Position numbers and translations under genes: made by a program. A model generated the notes under the pieces. That model did no database searches. It saw only the letters and a list, made by a program, of their open reading frames with translations, and had not been told where the DNA came from. Positions 25,606 to 27,893 of a stretch of 27,893 bases of DNA are shown here, in pieces. The stretch spans positions 1-27,893 of the forward strand of contig JASLKH010000030.1 of the NCBI GenBank assembly GCA_030747675.1, given 5' to 3'. Source of the stretch: Candidatus Thalassarchaeaceae archaeon. GTDB lineage: Archaea > Thermoplasmatota > Poseidoniia > Poseidoniales > Thalassarchaeaceae. The stretch's first letter is position 1. Every line of letters begins with the position of its first letter.

Positions 25606-25843
25606 AATCCCCCTCATCGTCTGTGAATACAACCCTTCGCATAAATGGAACTCTTGAGGATACAGCATGTTGGTGATTATTTTGGCTTTATGTTTGACAC
25701 CCTACGGGTGTCTTTGTTATTTTAAAGATTGAAATAAGAACTGTAATCATGAGTGGGCAATATTTTTTACTCGTAGAGTAAAAGGTCGTATAGTATCCAA
25801 TAGCAAAAATTATCAATTAATTGAAACATCAAAAGGTTAGTTT

Positions 25844-25849
25844 TTTATA
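25844..25849 (+). promoter_or_regulatory. TATA box (TTTATA) upstream of candidate ncRNA / tRNA unit
   Basis: Best archaeal TATA match in the region; predicts a TSS near 25872-25875. Confidence 0.5.
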
Positions 25850-25871
25850 GGTGTTATCTCTCTACTCATTT

Positions 25872-25964
25872 TGCACGAGGAAATGGGTGGAAATATGTTC
25901 ACAGCAAATACCAGCAGGTGGGATCGGCATCGCCGAAGAGTTCGATCCAATGAGCGTGCACCCA
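25872..25964 (+). ncRNA. Candidate structured RNA of unknown family
   Basis: Closing stem TGCACG (25872-77)/CGTGCA (25955-60); inner stem GGATCG (25921-26)/CGATCC (25943-48); starts at the position predicted by the TATA box. Confidence 0.25.
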
Positions 25965-26042
25965 GTCCCTTGTAATTTTACGACACTACCTTCTAATGGC
26001 TCAAAACCAGAGGGCGCAATCGATTTGATTGCACTCTACATT

Positions 26043-26114
26043 GGGGGTGTGGTGTAATGGATAGCATCGGGGGCTTCGGATCCCTGGATCTCGGTTCGAC
26101 TCCGGGCACCCTCA
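26043..26114 (+). tRNA. tRNA-Arg(UCG), CCA not encoded
   Basis: Acceptor GGGGGTG/CACCCTC, D-arm GTGT..GGATA..GCAT (A20), anticodon loop CTTCGGA (TCG at 26076-78), T-arm CTCGG-TTCGACT-CCGGG, A73. Confidence 0.92.
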
Positions 26115-26134
26115 CTGGTTTTGGTTCCGCTTAC

Positions 26135-26210
26135 GGGCGTGTGAATGTAGCGGATATCACAAGGGTATGCGATGCCTTTGACCTGGGTTCAAATCCCAGC
26201 ACGCCCGCCA
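26135..26210 (+). tRNA. tRNA-Arg(GCG), CCA encoded, irregular D-arm
   Basis: Perfect acceptor GGGCGTG/CACGCCC, anticodon loop ATGCGAT (GCG at 26169-71), T-arm CTGGG-TTCAAAT-CCCAG, G73-CCA, GGATA (A20). Confidence 0.88.
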
Positions 26211-26250
26211 ATTTAACAAAAATAAAAACGAATAAAGGAGAGAAAAAAGT

Positions 26251-26685
26251 ATGTCAAAAACAATGAAAAAAATAGGAATAGAAACAACCAACAGTGCAAC
26301 ACAAACCATCAACGGAATAGCAGGTTTCAAGCCAGTTAGACACGATGATGATGCGTGGTACTATGTCGGAAGAGTCCCGAAAAGCAAGTGCATGGTATTC
26401 GTGAATGATAATTGTGTAGAAATTCACAATGTGATTGTTTATGGTTCCATAAACAGAAACCAAGGGCATGGAACAAGAATGATTGCCGACATTAGGCAAG
26501 CATTTCCCAACCACCACATTTGGGTTAATAGTGCCAATTGCGCGAGAGGTTTTTGGGAAAAAATGGTGCACAGAGGCATCATTGATTCCATCGAGAATGA
26601 GTACTCTTGGCCATGCTTTGATACCAACTGCATGACTTGTCATCCGAACAGAGTGACAGGTAAGAGGAGGGATGTTTCATGGTGA
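26251..26685 (+). CDS. GNAT family N-acetyltransferase-like protein with C-terminal Cys/His cluster
   Basis: VEIHNVIVY..NRNQGHG (acetyl-CoA motif A), then ARGFWEKM; C-terminal CFDTNCMTCH; AAAGGAG SD. Confidence 0.75.
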   Translation: MSKTMKKIGIETTNSATQTINGIAGFKPVRHDDDAWYYVGRVPKSKCMVFVNDNCVEIHNVIVYGSINRNQGHGTRMIADIRQAFPNHHIWVNSANCARGFWEKMVHRGIIDSIENEYSWPCFDTNCMTCHPNRVTGKRRDVSW

Positions 26686-27422
26686 GTCCCAATGAGAAGG
26701 GGATCATTCCCCCAGTGGAAATGATTGACCACAACAATGCAAATTTCTCGCAGGTTGAGAATGTCATGACCATCTTTGTGGCTTACAACCAAGCTAACAT
26801 CCAACAAGGTACACCTTGGAGTAACTGGCCCGAGTGGGAGCTTTGCTTAACGGCAATAAACTCCGATATTCACTTTGAGGAAGAAGATGAAACCGGCGAA
26901 TTTAGGGTTCTAAGAGAACACTGGTTGGCAGTGATGCAGTTTATTCACAACTCGGAGAACATCTCCATTGATGGTTACACCATTTCCGTGAAGGGCTCAC
27001 ATGGTCATACATTTGAATTAGATATTTGCTTTGAGAATGAGTTCTGGCTAGCACCTGGTGAGATGGAAGAGCATGTGCAGAAAGTCATTGACAGGATTGG
27101 TACGAGATTCATCACTAGACCAATTCCCTACGTCATGCCAGGGGCCGTTGGTCATAGCCTTGAGTCAATGTGGGTGTGTCCTGAGCACGTACCCAAGTAT
27201 GGTGGGAAGGACACCCATTTCACAGGGGATTCGATTTGCATCATGAAAGGTGATGATGACACATTCCCATCCGCGTTACACTCCCTATTGCATCTATGCA
27301 TCGATGACACGAGGATTTGGTCAATTGCCTATCTCAGTGACATTGAGGCATTGCAAAGAGCGCAATGGATGGAAGAAGAATGGCCCGGAGGTATTCCGGA
27401 TCAGGATTGGGAGTACCAATGA
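26679..27422 (+). CDS. Hypothetical acidic, Trp-rich protein
   Basis: 247-aa ORF overlapping the GNAT stop (ATGGTGA); no family recognised with confidence. Confidence 0.8.
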   Translation: MVSPNEKGIIPPVEMIDHNNANFSQVENVMTIFVAYNQANIQQGTPWSNWPEWELCLTAINSDIHFEEEDETGEFRVLREHWLAVMQFIHNSENISIDGYTISVKGSHGHTFELDICFENEFWLAPGEMEEHVQKVIDRIGTRFITRPIPYVMPGAVGHSLESMWVCPEHVPKYGGKDTHFTGDSICIMKGDDDTFPSALHSLLHLCIDDTRIWSIAYLSDIEALQRAQWMEEEWPGGIPDQDWEYQ

Positions 27423-27432
27423 GGTAAGTAAT

Positions 27433-27630
27433 ATGAAAGGAAATGAAATAATGAAAATGATAATTGCCATAACGAAAATAATTGAAGCCAAAACTGCAAA
27501 AATTGCGGTTGAAACTGAGCTCGAGAAAATGAGATTGAAGGATTTTATCAAGCATGTAGAGGGTCAAGGACTCAACATGAGTGATGACGGTTCTTCATGG
27601 CCAGATGACTTTGAGGAGGACTGGGAATGA
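27433..27630 (+). CDS. Small 65-aa protein (helical N-terminus, acidic Trp-containing C-terminus)
   Basis: GAGGT SD at 27421-25 precedes ATG 27433; stop overlaps the next ATG (ATGA). Confidence 0.7.
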   Translation: MKGNEIMKMIIAITKIIEAKTAKIAVETELEKMRLKDFIKHVEGQGLNMSDDGSSWPDDFEEDWE

Positions 27631-27893
27631 GTCTTCTTTGGATACCAAACGCAAGTGCACCTTTGTGGGATGCTGTAGATGAGAATGAGTCCGAAGAGCC
27701 ATTCTTTGACAACTTAGAGTTGGAGCACATCAGGCAGTCAGGTCCAACCTGTGTGCCAACCACATTGGCGATGTTGGCAAGAGCGACAGGAGCAGATGTT
27801 GGGCCTGAGGATTTCATGCCCATCATCAATTCGCAATCCCCTCATTCATGGTCCAAAGCGCTGGCACCCTACGGGATGCAATTGGCGTACTGT
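27627..27893 (+). CDS. Papain-fold C39-like cysteine peptidase (3'-truncated)
   Basis: Manual translation MSLLWIPNASAPLWDAVDENESEEPFFDNLELEHIRQSGPTCVPTTLAMLAR... contains Q-x4-C-x4-LAM, typical of C39-like enzymes; GAGGAGG SD; catalytic His/Asp would lie beyond the edge. Confidence 0.6.
   Translation, partial: MSLLWIPNASAPLWDAVDENESEEPFFDNLELEHIRQSGPTCVPTTLAMLARATGADVGPEDFMPIINSQSPHSWSKALAPYGMQLAYC

Larger units (their letters stand above)
24574..27893. mobile_element. Putative accessory island around tandem tRNA-Arg genes (boundaries unknown)
   Basis: Abrupt shift after ileS to mobilome-type genes, AT-richer DNA and tRNA genes. No integrase or att repeat is visible in the window. Confidence 0.4.

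Noticed and set aside
25895-25935. Resemblance to c-di-GMP-I or fluoride riboswitch (CACAG-CAAA-ACCA...GTGGGA; GGCGATG on minus)
   Set aside because: Key conserved nucleotides and stems are missing; kept only as an unclassified candidate RNA.
25873-25960. Third tRNA (class II-like length, GTTCGATC)
   Set aside because: The T-stem and anticodon stem do not pair and there is no valid cloverleaf.
25851-26266. ORFs 25851..26057 and 26057..26266
   Set aside because: They overlap the two tRNA genes and the structured region and have no recognisable motifs.
27864-27879. CACCCTACGGG identical to 25698-25708, forming a bulged GTA/TAC hairpin (possible att or repeat)
   Set aside because: Only 11 bp, inside the peptidase reading frame, imperfect stem; chance cannot be excluded, so it was not counted in the hairpin family.
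24574-27893. Integrase, transposase or att direct repeat defining the island
   Set aside because: None visible; no second copy of either tRNA 3' end was found in the window by eye.

Overview
Archaeal chromosomal fragment, most likely Marine Group II / Poseidoniales (Thermoplasmatota). This is inferred from GGTGA Shine-Dalgarno motifs, a PGF-CTERM protein, acidic CARDB/Ig surface proteins, a KaiC-like ATPase, aconitase X, a type-2 IleRS and tRNA-Arg(GCG). Bases 1-24577 are densely packed core-like genes: ccmC (partial, missed by the ORF track), a CcmA-CcmB-like fusion, a rhomboid protease, a 1640-aa membrane-anchored S8 subtilase, glmS, an LDL-A/PGF-CTERM lipoprotein, a KaiC-like ATPase, Maf, an ABC-2 exporter pair, BtpA, an SDR epimerase/decarboxylase, a fused aconitase X, Gln-dependent NadE, an Mpo1/DUF962 protein, an HMA-DUF4396 fusion and ileS. 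From 24574 the window looks accessory: a T5orf172/GIY-YIG-like nuclease with an internal duplication, a palindrome-dense intergenic region with a candidate ncRNA, two tandem atypical tRNA-Arg genes (UCG, GCG), and a tightly coupled operon GNAT - unknown - 65-aa peptide - C39-like cysteine peptidase that runs off the edge. The strongest leads are this tRNA-linked operon, a family of C-RNA-G triloop hairpins in intergenic regions, the non-canonical GIHH motif of IleRS, the AcnX large-small fusion and the rhomboid/subtilase/glmS module. All family calls come from motif recognition by eye; no searches were run. Many ORF-track starts were moved downstream.
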